64,000 nucleotides of DNA, from positions 1,116,001 through 1,180,000 of the forward strand of contig CM035362.1 in assembly GCA_020137815.1 (NCBI GenBank). The letters run 5' to 3'. Source of the DNA: Hormiphora californensis. Taxonomy: Eukaryota; Animalia; Ctenophora. Shown here in pieces: positions 52,717 through 64,000 of this stretch (position 1 is its first letter; every line of letters starts with the position of its first letter). The notes below the pieces were generated by a model. It was not told the DNA's origin, searched no databases, and saw only the letters and a program-made list of their open reading frames with translations. Made by a program: the position numbers and the translations under genes.

Positions 52717-53526
52717 ATGTCCAGTGCCGCTGTTGTCCTTTTAGCCCTAGTTAGTGCAGCAAGTGCAGCGGTGGAGTGCTACCATGACTGCTCAATCACC
52801 ACTAAATGGGATGTGGATGGAGTTGATGAGATGTATACTGTAGCAAATGAGAGTAAGTTGTTGGAGCTTGTACGTTACATTCTATGTCAGTGATTATTAA
52901 TTGTGACTTTGTAGTTGAGCTGTTGTTGTCATTGTAACAAGATTACCCCTCAGCATCTTGTCCGGCTAGTACCCTGAAGACGTGTGCGACTGGCGAGGTG
53001 TGTGCTATTGTGGATGTCACCATTACAACTACAATGAGCTGGCTGAATGGAGATGGTAGCAGCATGACGGCAGATGTTGAGGCAGCCAGTACTTACTCAG
53101 AGTGTTATGAGGCGTATGAGATGTCTGATGACATTTGCATGGTAAGATATCTTTTATAATTTCAAACTTGGAAGACAGCGATACCTTCATTTGCCCGGAA
53201 ACAAGAGTTGATTATAACACCCTTGTTCCATGGGCAGAATTCGACAAAATTTGTGCCGAATTACGCCGAGTTCTCTCGTCTGATTAACACGTTACAGTTG
53301 TCTCACAAAAGACTGCCCTCTCCGAACATGTACACCGTTACAGGAGTTTAAGACGAGCTACGAAGCTGGTTACAACGCAGAAGTTGGGGTTAGTTACACA
53401 GATTTCGATCTTGATTGTGGATCTGTTGATGCCTGTACTGAGGACTGTCTTATCTCTGGAGCTGGAAGGAATGTGATCCCTGCTACCTTTGTTCTAACTG
53501 CAGCTCTCATCGCTCGATTGGTGTAA
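52717..53526 (+). CDS. Ly6/three-finger-like GPI-anchored protein, paralog 3
   Basis: Exons 52717-52852, 52954-53141, 53344-53526, frame intact. MSSAAVVLLALVSAASAAVECYHDC...SCPASTLKTCATGEVC...CGSVDACTEDCLISGAGRNVIPATFVLTAALIARLV*. Confidence 0.88.
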
Positions 53527-53907
53527 ATGATGTTGAGTGTTTGTAGACAGTGTAGTTCGCTGCATGCGCCATGCATATTGCATACTGTTCTGTGAAAAAT
53601 AAAATGTTTTGATTATTTTCATTTTCAATGAAATGTGTTTCAAATGTTTGCAGTGCACTTAAAATAATGAATGCTTTATAACGTGTTTAAGAAAGAAATG
53701 CTTGTGTGCATTTAGACGTGTCAAAACATACAGTTATAGCTTACAAACGAATAAAAGTTTTATAGCTAATTGCCATCTGCACTCTCGAGTTTAGATCACC
53801 TTGAATTGTTGGTTCTGTCTCCGACGATCGGTTCTAAGAAACAGCACCCGTTAGTAAGTCTATAGATTCTAGAACTTAGGCGTGTTCATTTCTATTGAAG
53901 GGTATTA

Positions 53908-54078
53908 CAGTCGGACCCCGATTTACCGGGCCCCGATTTACCGGAACCCCGATTCACCGGGAGGATAAAATCCCTCCGATATAGGAAATTAACGGTATTT
54001 GACCCGATATATCGGGCACCCCGATTTACCGGGCAAAACCCTATCCCCCGAGTATCCCGGTAAATCGGGGTCCGACTG
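53908..54078. mobile_element. Tc1/pogo-type MITE, CAGTCGGACCCCGATTTA family
   Basis: TA TSD; TIR CAGTCGGACCCCGATTTACC; internal CCCCGATTTA repeats. Confidence 0.9.
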
Positions 54079-54771
54079 TATATGAAAGCGTTTGTAAAAG
54101 AGTAAGGGGTACTCAATAAAATTTATGCATTAATGCAGAGTTTTGAAGAAAGTCAGTCTTCGTGGTTACTGATACAGTTGCCATGGCAACCATATAATTT
54201 GCGTTGAACAAGAATAAATGCATTATGTTTCATAATGCTATGTTTCCCCGCCAACCTTTCATTTCTAACACGAAGGCGGGATAGACATTTCGGATCATTT
54301 ATAAATCAAGCAAACAGTATAGTTCAACAAATCCTTGTGTTTTAGTAGCATAAATTGTGCGCCACTTTGCGGAATTGCGTGGCACACAATTCCTGAAAAC
54401 GTTTCAATGAAGTGGTTTATGAAGGAGCAGGTTGTTGTTGTGTGCACGGCTCTAGTTGCTACATGTTGCCCCTCGCAACTTGAAACGGGACAAGAGAGCT
54501 GACTTGCTACACATAATCACTTTTTTTCTTTCTTTCTTTTTTGAGGCATTAAGCTAAGGCGTACCAAGTCTCATACCACCCGGGTATAGACGGCATAGCC
54601 TGGAACCCTCCGTACGAACTCCCTTGAAAATTAAAGGGAGAGCAGTGCAAATTGGAGGGCCCTAAGCTTGTCTTGTGTCTGTCTTGGTCAGTCATTTAAA
54701 TAGTTAAAAACTGATCATAATAATACATAGATTTCAATGATTACGCAAGCTTTATCCTATAAAGTTACAGG

Positions 54772-54978
54772 GTCTGGAACAAGGTATCGTTTTGCCTTTG
54801 AGAGTTTCTTGAGTTTAGTTTGGTCTGGAACAAGGTAACGTTTTGCCTTTGAGAGTTTCTTGAGTTTAGTTTGGTCTGGAACAAGGTGACGTTTTGCCTT
54901 TGTGAGTGTCTTGAGTTTAGTTTGGTCTGGAACAAGGTAACGTTTTGTCTTTGAGAATGTCTTGAGTTTGGGTCTGGA
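54772..54978. repeat. 51-bp minisatellite, 4 copies
   Basis: Unit GGTCTGGAACAAGGTAACGTTTTGCCTTTGAGAGTTTCTTGAGTTTAGTTT. Confidence 0.93.
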
Positions 54979-55319
54979 ATCCCGATGTATACCGTGTTTT
55001 GAATAGTCAATTGCATTCACAATATAAACTTTACACAATCTGTGAACAGACAATACGAACAGGTGAACTTACAGAATTTTGATGGATGATTATTACCGTG
55101 ATGTTGTTGGTGATGATAATGGAGATGAGAGTCACTCCATTATCACCAACAACATCACGGTAACAATGTGAGAGTCACATAGTCACTATATCCGTTTAGA
55201 TTTCTAAACCCCTATGCCTTTTTGCAAAAGGCATCCGGGTGAAAGCCTTCGGCCTTCACCCGGGCGGGGAAAAATAAAATGTATTTGTTCCCCAGACCCT
55301 ATAGCCCTTATCGTCCAAG

Positions 55320-58062
55320 ATGCCCGGTATCTTTGTATTTCTGGCCCTTGTGGGATTTACCAGCGCTGCAGTGGAATGTTACCACGAATGCTCTGTCTTT
55401 ACAAAGTTTGATATAAATGGTCAAGACTCGCTTAGCTTTCTTGGAATTGAGAGTAAGTACATTATACATGTTCACCTAACCCAGAGTGCAGGAAGCGACC
55501 GAATATTCGGTTCGGTTCGGTTCGGAAATTCGGTGTTTTTTGGGCGGTTCGGTTCGGTTCGGTTCGGTTCGGTAGGAAATTTTGGCCGAACCACCGAATT
55601 TTTTGGTCAAAAAATGCCCAGAAATCGGGCTTTTTCATGCAAAATTTTTCAATTATTTCACGAAAATTGTATGGATTTCAATGTCAATTTCGCCGTATTA
55701 ACCCTATTTCGAATCGGTTTCTAATCGACAATGCTAAACGGGAGTGATGTTGGTAATTAGTGGGTCCGAGATGGATTGTGCTGATACGTGATCCCCCATC
55801 AAATCTAATTAGGAAATTTAGAGAGACACGATTCATGGTTCGTTTAATCCTGCTAATTAGTAGTAGCCAGAGTTGTAGTGGCCAGAGAAGTGGGTAATCT
55901 ACGGGAATGGTATTGCTAATTAGCAGGATTAAACGAACCATGAAGATTACCCACTTCTCTGGCCACTACAACTCTGGCTACTACAACTCTGGCTATTACA
56001 ACTCTGGCTAGTAGCCACAGTTGTATACAACTCTGGCTACTAGGGGTGCAACTCTGGCTATTACGAAGTCCCGCTTATAGAAGAAATATAACGCCGTATT
56101 ACACGTTATTATATCGTTGTCAGGGACGTTTCCTTGGGAGAAGGTGTCGGACAGCGAGAGGAGAGGTGCTGTGATCGACAGAGTTCGTAAGAGGTTAGAC
56201 CAAGAGAGGACTGCAGTAGAGACCATGCAGTTAGACTTTCAGGGGATGTGGTTGGCTTGGAGAGAGGATGTGGTCCCGATGGGATTCAGGTGTTCAGCTG
56301 GCTGTCAGAGTATTGGCTTGACCCATTTTCGTTTCTCGCATGAGAACTGTGGTCAAAGCATTGGCCTGACAGTCAGCTGGAGAAGCCTGTACGATATGGG
56401 GGAGAGAATGGTTGGCTTCATTCTATCCCTGAGACCAAAGCAGGCCTGATCTTATATTGAATTCTCGCGAGAGATAAAGACGGTGAACTGGTGGGATCAG
56501 CTTATTTGTCCTGCTAATGGTTGGAGATGTTTCAACATGGCAATTGAGGTTGGGATAGATCTTGTTACAAGGTCAACTTAAAAGAAGTTTCAGACCTCTA
56601 CACCTAAAGGTTGGAAAATTATCTGAGGTTAACTTGATCCCCGAAAACTATATTTTTCTTGAATAGCTCGGGTGAAACGATGTCAGGTTTACGGCTGATG
56701 AGTTCGATCTGAGTCTCCGTTTCTGGCGAGTATCCGCTGTCCACGTTTACTATCTTAGTAGACGGCCGACGGAGGGTCTCGGTCTTTCCGCTGTTGTTGT
56801 CAGAGCTCTTGGTGTTGTTAGGTGCGGAGGTTGCTGTAGTGGCGGGATTCGATTCCTTGGGGTTGGCCTGGAAGCAATCACCATGTTCTCAACTTATCAG
56901 TACTTAATCCAGCAAACCAATAACCTATTACCTAACTCGTGTATATTAATGCGTGTACCTAGCTACCTATCACCTAATGAGTCGGTGTTCTGTTGCATAC
57001 ATAGGCGGGGTCGTTTGGTAGCCAGAGATGCACTCCTAGTAGCCAGAGTTGTGTACAACTGTGGCTACTAGCCAGAGTTGTAATAGCCAGAGTTGTAGTA
57101 GCCAGAGTTGTAGTGGCCAGAGAAGTGGGTCACCATTCCCGTATAGCATTGCCGATTCGAAACACGATTCGTACGCAAAAATTGACATAGAAAATTTACG
57201 ATAAAATTGACTTTGAAAATTTTTTCACAAAATTGACTTTTAAATTTTTTCAAACATTTTTTAACAAAATTTCAGAGAATGATTCTCAATACCTTGATCG
57301 GTGCTCTCCATGACTTTTTAGAGAAACATTTATACAGAAAAAGTTTTGTATGGTTCGGTTCGGTTCGGTAAAAAAGTTTTTCAAATTCGGTTCGGTTCGG
57401 TTCGGTGAAAAAAAACCCGGTTCGGTCGTTTCCTGCCAGAGTGGGATAATAAAGTGATTAAGATACCAGCTCAGTGCTCTGTATTCTACTAACTCTAGCC
57501 CTTTCTACAGCCTCTTGTCCCACCAAGATAACTTGTGGCTCCGGCGAGGTGTGCAACATCATCAAACTATCCCTGTCTGCCAAGTTAACAACCCTTGTCA
57601 ACAATGTTACTTCTGATGTTGCCGTGGGGAACACTTTCTCGGGATGTGACATGGAATTTAAGATGGATGATGAGATATGTAAGGTATGCTACTAGATTAA
57701 TAAAGATAATGAATCAGTCGTTTAGACATATATTATTTTGGTTGAGGTAGGTCCGGGGATGGATTTGTCAAACATTCCAGTGTAGTATGACAAGGAAGGG
57801 TCAAGTCGCCCCAATCTTTTAACCCGGTGACCTGATCCAACCTACTCTGTTATATTTCGTACATCCCCAACAGTTATTTAGAGACGCGTACGAAGAAGGA
57901 TTCAGCTCCGAATTTGAGGAAGGGTGGGTCTTTACAGATTTTGATCTTGATTGTGGATCTGTTGATGCCTGTACTGAGGACTGTCTTATCTCTGGAGCTG
58001 GAAGGAATGTGATCCCTGCTACCTTTGTTCTAATTGCAGCTCTCATCGCTCGATTGGTGTAA
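55320..58062 (+). CDS. Ly6/three-finger-like GPI-anchored protein, paralog 4
   Basis: Exons 55320-55452, 57511-57683, 57874-58062, frame intact. MPGIFVFLALVGFTSAAVECYHEC...SCPTKITCGSGEVC...CGSVDACTEDCLISGAGRNVIPATFVLIAALIARLV*. Confidence 0.88.
55902..57141. mobile_element. Nested TA-flanked TIR element with ACAACTCTGGCTA repeats
   Basis: TA|CGGGAATGGT ... ACCATTCCCG|TA; inverted arrays of 15-bp CTGGCTACTACAACT units at 55950-56060 and 57015-57130. Confidence 0.75.
56117..56560 (+). pseudogene. Decayed C-terminal fragment of an RLE-type non-LTR retrotransposon (R2/NeSL/Hero-like)
   Basis: Translations QGMWLAW..., SWRSLYDMGERMVGFILS, PDL (56446) and NGWRCFNMAIEVG resemble the region just before and within the restriction-like endonuclease domain of these elements. 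Recognised from memory, not by alignment. Confidence 0.55.
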
Positions 58063-59275
58063 ATGATTGAGTTTTTCTTAAAATGTTCAAACAATGTTTG
58101 GTGACACAGCGGGCTGAGTTGTAAGAGAGGTTAGGGCGCCACCAAAAACAATGTTTTTATGTATCTAGAGACTTCTAAAGATCCAACAGTTCATTGTGTC
58201 GCTGTATCAGAATGGAAAGTTTCCAACTGAACGTTCTGAGAACTGAGCTGAGAACAAAACCATCCATTTCTAATTGAGTCTCTTGTTATGCAACCCCTGA
58301 AAGGCATCACGCTGACCCATACTCATCCCTTTTGTCTCCAGTACAATGTACTAGTATACGAATTGTACTAGTATACGCCTAGAACTCGTTGGGTGAGCTG
58401 ACACGCTGACTATACTGATTGCCTGTTAGTCCAGCCTGTAATTTATCCACACGTTTTTCATAATGCTATGAGAAATATATTATTTAGGCCGGCTTCTGCA
58501 CGTGATGATATATGGGTCACACTAAGAGAGATATCAGCCCTTCAAATAATAAATATGATCCAATAATGGGCGGGGAGAGCTAGAGAGAAGGAGCAAAAGA
58601 AAGAGAGGGAAGAGCCTTGAAAAGGGTTAGAAAGAGAGGGGGAGTTAGAGGGGGAGAGGCAAGGGACTGCTTGGATAAAGAACTATTTAAATTCCCTTCC
58701 TACACTAAGAGAGATGAGGGTGAGTTAGAGAGAGAATAGGGAGACTGAAGAGTGATGATATATCACTTGCATTGTGTTTGTTTGCCCCAAAGACCTTGTC
58801 CTTAGCAAGTCCCATTGCCGTGCCGCCATATTGATATTTGAAATAATTTGTTGTGCCCTAGCAGATATTGGGCAAATAAAACTATCTGTGATAAGCAAGG
58901 CGAATTTATTTGAATTTGCCCAAAAATACTGAATGTTTTGGTGTATATCCCTAACCTCCCTGTGTTTGTTTTCAAAAAATTACACGTCGAATGTTCTCCA
59001 GTCAAAGTACATTGTGGAATAGCGGTGTGTATTATAGGCATTCTATGAGGTTTACAAGGTTTGTAAATACCCATTATTAGACTATAATGCCCGGCTACAA
59101 TCATCTAACTGTAATTCTCACAGCCTCGAACTTATATTTTCCGCTTTATTTGTCTTGCGAAATTCTTCTCCAGAGTGGTTTCTCTTGCTCAACAATTCCA
59201 GGATTTAGGACATCAGGCGATTGCAGCAGACTGTATGAAAAAAGGATTCATAGCACATTCCTTTTAGAATGATTT

Positions 59276-60708
59276 ATGGTGTGGTTTAGCATCTTCGCAC
59301 CAGTCTGTGTGTTCTGTCTCGAACTATTCACGGGTGGATTTGATCGATTCGAAAGCTTTATCTTTTGGCTAAAACTTGGTCCACCGCTCATTTCTTTTCT
59401 GTTCGTTCTCCTCATTGTGCTTATCACCTGGCCTTTCGACAAAAAGTAAGTCTAACATAATTATTCATGGTGAAAAGCGATTTATTTCTTCATTTTAATA
59501 AAGTTTGCGTTTGAGGGACAGTTGACCTTAGATCTCTCATTTTTAGTTGCAAGTACGATTGTGGACCGAAACACACCAAGGGGCAAGCAAAACCCAAGGA
59601 TTTCCGAAGGGTTTCCCTAAAGGATCTCCCAGTCTCCACTCAACCTAATGATTTCATTGTGTACCCGTCAAATTGTGACGCCATACAGCCTGTCAATGAC
59701 GTCACACATCCTGATGATGTCATAGTTCTACCCAGCACGGATGTCATCATGATGAACACATTGGCGCTGTCACAACCACCTCCCCCTTCACCACCTCCAA
59801 TATACACCACAACTGCTATTATGTCGAGCCCTCCAAAACCTGCCAGGAGATCCTTGGCCAGCTCGAAACAGGCCAGTACTAGGGATGATGTCAGTGAGAA
59901 AGATGCTGCGATGGAGAAACCAGCGAAACCCTCCCGCCCTACTAATCTACCATGGTTCATGACATCAAGTAGTGCGGCGCCTGATGTAGAGCCAGACAGT
60001 GCGGCAGGGAGCTCCATCTCACTTTACTGTGATGGAGAGGATAGTGCTGGGCATACCAACGATGGCCTCACCTCATCTGTTCAGGTACCTAGTATTCGGG
60101 ATATATTTCAACACAATCCAAAGTCCATGTTTGTTAGTTTGAACCATTTAACATAAAAGAGTAACCTTCAGAGCATACTGAACCATTCTGTGTTTTAGGT
60201 AACTTCAGAGGACGAGATGCTACAAGAACGGCAGAGAAAACTCCTGGGAAAAGAGAGCACGACGGATATCGATGTTAAAAGAGGAAGCTCGGAGAGTCTC
60301 ACTCATTCAGACTACTCTGCTCTCAACCACCTTCCCTCCACTATTGACAAGTTGAAGAGAAGCTCCCGCAGTAAGCGTATGCAGCGGCAGCTGGACCTGT
60401 CTATGAGGGTTATTGAGCGAGCTCTATTTCATACGGGAGATATGGACGGTGGTAGTGAGACTAGTGAGGAGGAAGATCTGAAGGGAGTTCCAGGAAGTTC
60501 GAGGAAGGTGGGACCTACTGGCACTATCCCTGGGAATAGTACTGGAACTAAAACACTTGTTCCTACTGAAAATAGTACTGGAACTAAGACACTGGATCCG
60601 GTGGGCGGTAAAAGTAATGATCAAGAGGGAGATGTGCTAGAGTCTATTGTGAGTGATCTAGATAGTCTGATGGTTGGAATCAATCGGTGGGCATCAGACC
60701 AAATCTAA
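59276..60708 (+). CDS. Uncharacterised membrane protein with N-terminal hydrophobic segment(s) and long Pro/Ser-rich tail
   Basis: Exons 59276-59445, 59547-60084 (alternative donor 60132), 60199-60708 are phase compatible. Hydrophobic PLISFLFVLLIVLITWPF followed by the long ORFs 59659-60156 and 60217-60708. The start is uncertain. Confidence 0.65.
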
Positions 60709-60734
60709 CAATAACACATGTCTGTTTGTTTGTA

Positions 60735-61372
60735 CAGTCGGACCCCGATTTAGTGGCCCCCGATTTAGTGGCACCCCGATTTAGTGGCAGGATTTTTTTC
60801 CCCCAAAAAATTTTTTTGTGAAATTTTTTTGGAAATTTTTTTGAAAATTTTTCAAAGGAATACCAGCCACTTCCGAATCGTGTTTCGAATCGGTGCTTAT
60901 CGCATGTCCTGCTGCTAATTACGATTGTCAATGCTTTGATCGGTGCTCCCCATAAATTTTGAGAGAAAAAGGTATTTTGAAATTTTGATACTTCCTCACC
61001 CGCTTAGGGTGCCCCGATTCGGCATGGTATCACGTATCGGTTCGAACCCGCTAATTAGACAGGACATCCAGGAAGCTGCACCGATTCGAAACACAAATCG
61101 GACGGGCTGGTATAACTTAGAAAATTTTTCGCAATTTTTTTGAAAAATTTATTTTATAGTTTTCTATTTCTAATCAGAAATGATCATGTCATGAATACAT
61201 GAATATTGCATATAACAGTTAGAGGTGTCTTTAGTCTTAACTCTTAGTATAGCATTTTGGGCATAAAATAGGTTTTTATGGGACACATATGGCTCACCCC
61301 GATTTAGTGGCACCCCGATTTAGTGGCAGGATTGTTTTCCCCCGAGGATGCCACTAAATCGGGGTCCGACTG
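60735..61372. mobile_element. Tc1/pogo-type MITE, CAGTCGGACCCCGATTTA family (long form)
   Basis: TA|CAGTCGGACCCCGATTTAGTGG ... CCACTAAATCGGGGTCCGACTG|TA. Confidence 0.88.
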
Positions 61373-61558
61373 TACATTGCAATTGCTGCAATTCGGACAA
61401 TGCATAGCAATCTATTGCCTAAAACGTTAGAATCGAACTGTCAGGATTTAAAAAAATTATTGGATCATGAACGCGATTTTATAACACACTTTTTGTAAAA
61501 TGAACATCGATATTTCTATCATACAGTGTACATTTTAGGCATTGACATGTACCACATA

Positions 61559-61730
61559 CAGTCGGACCCCGATTTAGGGGCCCCCGATTTAGTGGCACCC
61601 CGATTTAGGGACAGGATTTTTTTCCCCCGATATAGGAAATTAACCTTATTTGACCCCGATTTAGTGGACACCCCGATTTAGTGGACAAGAGCCTTTCCCC
61701 CGAGGGTGTCCCTAAATCGGGGTCCGACTG
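61559..61730. mobile_element. Tc1/pogo-type MITE, CAGTCGGACCCCGATTTA family (short form)
   Basis: Same TIRs and TA TSD as 53908-54078. Degenerate relatives occur at ~33955-34031, 39543-39609 and 41869-41920. Confidence 0.88.
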
Positions 61731-61917
61731 TATTTACATATTCAGCTCCAGCTAGATCCGAAATCCGAGATGTTATCACCATTTCAGAAAACATGTCTAT
61801 CAAATCTGTAGTCAAGTCCATAGCATAGGGAACACTGAAGATTAGTTGAAAAGTACATACCACCCTTCAAGACGCACTATTGACTGTGCTTATGAGGTAG
61901 TGTAATTGTTCCAAACC

Positions 61918-63967
61918 TCACTGAAAGACAGTCACTTTCTCTCCGTACTCATTGAACAAAAGGAGCTCGTTGGTAGCTCCAAACGGCAAGTGCCGGGCAT
62001 TCTTTATGAGAAATGATTGCATGTTGTCATTGCTTTGTCGCAGGAAGGACATTTTGCTTTCTGTCTTGCTCATCCAGGATCTAATAACAAATTGAATGTG
62101 ATTGATTAGCTTCTTCATTATAATAATGTTGCCGTGTTACTGTACCTGTACAATTACTCCACTCTATTATAAAGCCCCCCCCCCCCCTCTAACTACCTGT
62201 ATTGTTCGTCCCAGGTTGCAGTAGTGTGCTCCTTGATCCTCTCTATCTCTTCATCCATCATATCCTCCCTGTCCTGCAGCTCCTGAACCAACTTCTTCAC
62301 CTTGCTCCTCAGTTTACCATTCTCAGTGTTTATATGGCGAACCTATAACAATTGGAGGGGTGTGATTTAGAGTGCAATCAAACTTCAATTTACCGGACTG
62401 TATCCCGACCTTCCCTCAAGAGAGGCAGCACGTGTTATATATCAATGTTTGACAGTACCTGTTCCTCCATGCGTCGTTTTTCCTCGGCGTACAAGTGAAA
62501 CACACCACCAGCACCTGCGTGTGCCTGTTTACTGCTATTCTCCTCCAGAGCTGTCTTTAGTGCCGCGTTGAGCTGGACAATTGTATCCTTCAATCCTGAT
62601 ATCTCCTTGTTATGGGCTGCCTGGAACAGTAGTGTGTGCAGTTAGATGGATACATGGTAATGGGTCGAGTGGTGTGGAAGTTATCGTCAAAAAAGATCTG
62701 ACATATGTATAGGTATTCGGTATATTTGTAGACCTGTATTCGGTTTCGTTCTACTTTATAAGCTGCTTCAATGGCCGCCAACTCGGCTGTGTGACTGTCA
62801 GCTGAAATGTACTCGTTTGTTTTCATCCGACTTATAGTCCTGACCTCTGAAAATAAAACACTGTTGTCAGATGGAGGCAGATTGGAACTAAATTTGACTT
62901 CGTAGTTCATAATTCGTATGTCAAGGGCTGAAAGGAAGGCTTTATCGAAGCGAAAGATGTGCAAGAGATGAGGGTCTCTCTATCTACAGTGATCCCCCGC
63001 TAACTGGGTAGTACCTGTTTGTGCAGGGGTAACAGTCCGTTGAACAGGTGTTGGTGGGGCTGGTGTGGTTGAATTACCAATACCCTCACAGTGGCACGTC
63101 TGCACAAAGTTAGCCTGTAGGAAGGAACAGTAACAAACAGCTGATTATCAGCTGCTGATATAACCATCCTAAGTGAGATACTTTGGTAATGAACATCTGA
63201 CCTGAGTCATCATAGAGGCAGTATACACTTGGCACTGACTCCAACCCTCCTTCACCCGCTTCCTTTGAGTCCTCTTTACCACTGGTTCAGGTTCAGGCTC
63301 TACTGGCTATAAATAAAAATATGATGATGTAGAGCAGTTCCTACTAGGGCATAAACTGAAGTTGATTTTATTTGAACTTCTACCGGTTTCGGAGGTGGAG
63401 GTGGAGGGGGTGGAGGATCAGTGTTTACACCAGTATGCTTTACAGGCTGTTTAGCAGGTGGTATACTGGGGATGACTGCAGTTGTAGCAGTTGGAGAGGT
63501 GGGCTGTTCCCCATTACTGTTGTTTCCTGCCAGGAGAAGGGATACTGGGTAAATTGTAGATTGTGATACTGATCTTTTTTATTGAAATAGAAGCTCTTTT
63601 AGGAGGAGGTATGACAGAGAAGTAACAGATTGATAAGTGCACTTACCGAATTGGGGTTCGAAAATGTTACGATTGATGATGGCTGTTTTTAGAACAGTCT
63701 GGTTTTTGGCCTTTCTCAGCTCTATCATACGGTCTTTTAGAAGAGTGACCTGAGGGTTGGAGACCAGTTAGACGGAGAGAATAATACGATAACAAAAAAA
63801 ATATCAGGCTTGTGAAATAAGAAGACTGTACTCCACCTGGAGCTATAGAAGTGCAGATACCTTTGTCAGGTCAATACTCTGACAGAGATACCTCATACCT
63901 GATTCTGGAGTTCAGATATCTGCTCCTTGGCATTCTTGTACTCCGCCTTGTAGTCAACCCTTGGCAT
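61918..63967 (-). CDS. Uncharacterised coiled-coil and proline-rich protein
   Basis: Approximate exons 63967-63899, 63749-63647, ~63503-63384 (junction unresolved), ~63307-63203, 63114-63015, 62847-62733, 62621-62459, 62342-62197, 62080-61918. Reads MPRVDYKAEYKNAKEQISELQNQ..PPPPPPPPKP..ENGKLRSKVKKLVQELQDRE..RSWMSKTESKMSFLRQSN...FQ*. Confidence 0.72.
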
Positions 63968-64000
63968 ATCGTGTCACTAATACCAGAGCCCCAGGCTTTA

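Larger units (their letters stand above)
55489..57435. mobile_element. hAT-like element with (GGTTC)n subterminal repeats (intron 1 of paralog 4)
   Basis: TSD CCAGAGTG at 55481-55488 and 57436-57443; ends CAGGAAGCGACCGAA / TTCGGTCGTTTCCTG. Confidence 0.9.

Overview
Repeat-rich animal genomic DNA. It is probably from a cydippid ctenophore (Pleurobrachia/Hormiphora-like); this is an inference from the CAGTCGGACCCCGATTTA-type MITEs, dense (GA)n tracts and short GT-AG introns. Genes: (1) a ~35-exon TRPM2-like channel with a C-terminal NUDT9-homology domain (minus, 3100-19564); (2) a small multi-exon low-complexity gene (minus, ~25939-30070); (3) a tandem cluster of four 3-exon genes for secreted, 10-Cys, probably GPI-anchored Ly6/three-finger-like proteins (plus, 43606-58062); (4) a predicted membrane protein with a long disordered tail (plus, 59276-60708); (5) a coiled-coil/Pro-rich gene (minus, 61918-63967). 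Many non-autonomous DNA transposons are present, several with exact TSDs and up to three levels of nesting, along with minisatellites that abut splice sites. The most interesting candidate system is the Ly6-like cluster. Its ectodomains are highly divergent, its 93-nt 3' coding module is nearly identical across copies, and the first two paralogs sit behind dense arrays of IRF/ISRE motifs (GAAAGTGAAAGT / GAAAGTGAAACT). This suggests an IRF-inducible, diversified surface-protein array. Several +1 homopolymer frameshifts and one garbled segment (~4140-5100) probably reflect local assembly error.
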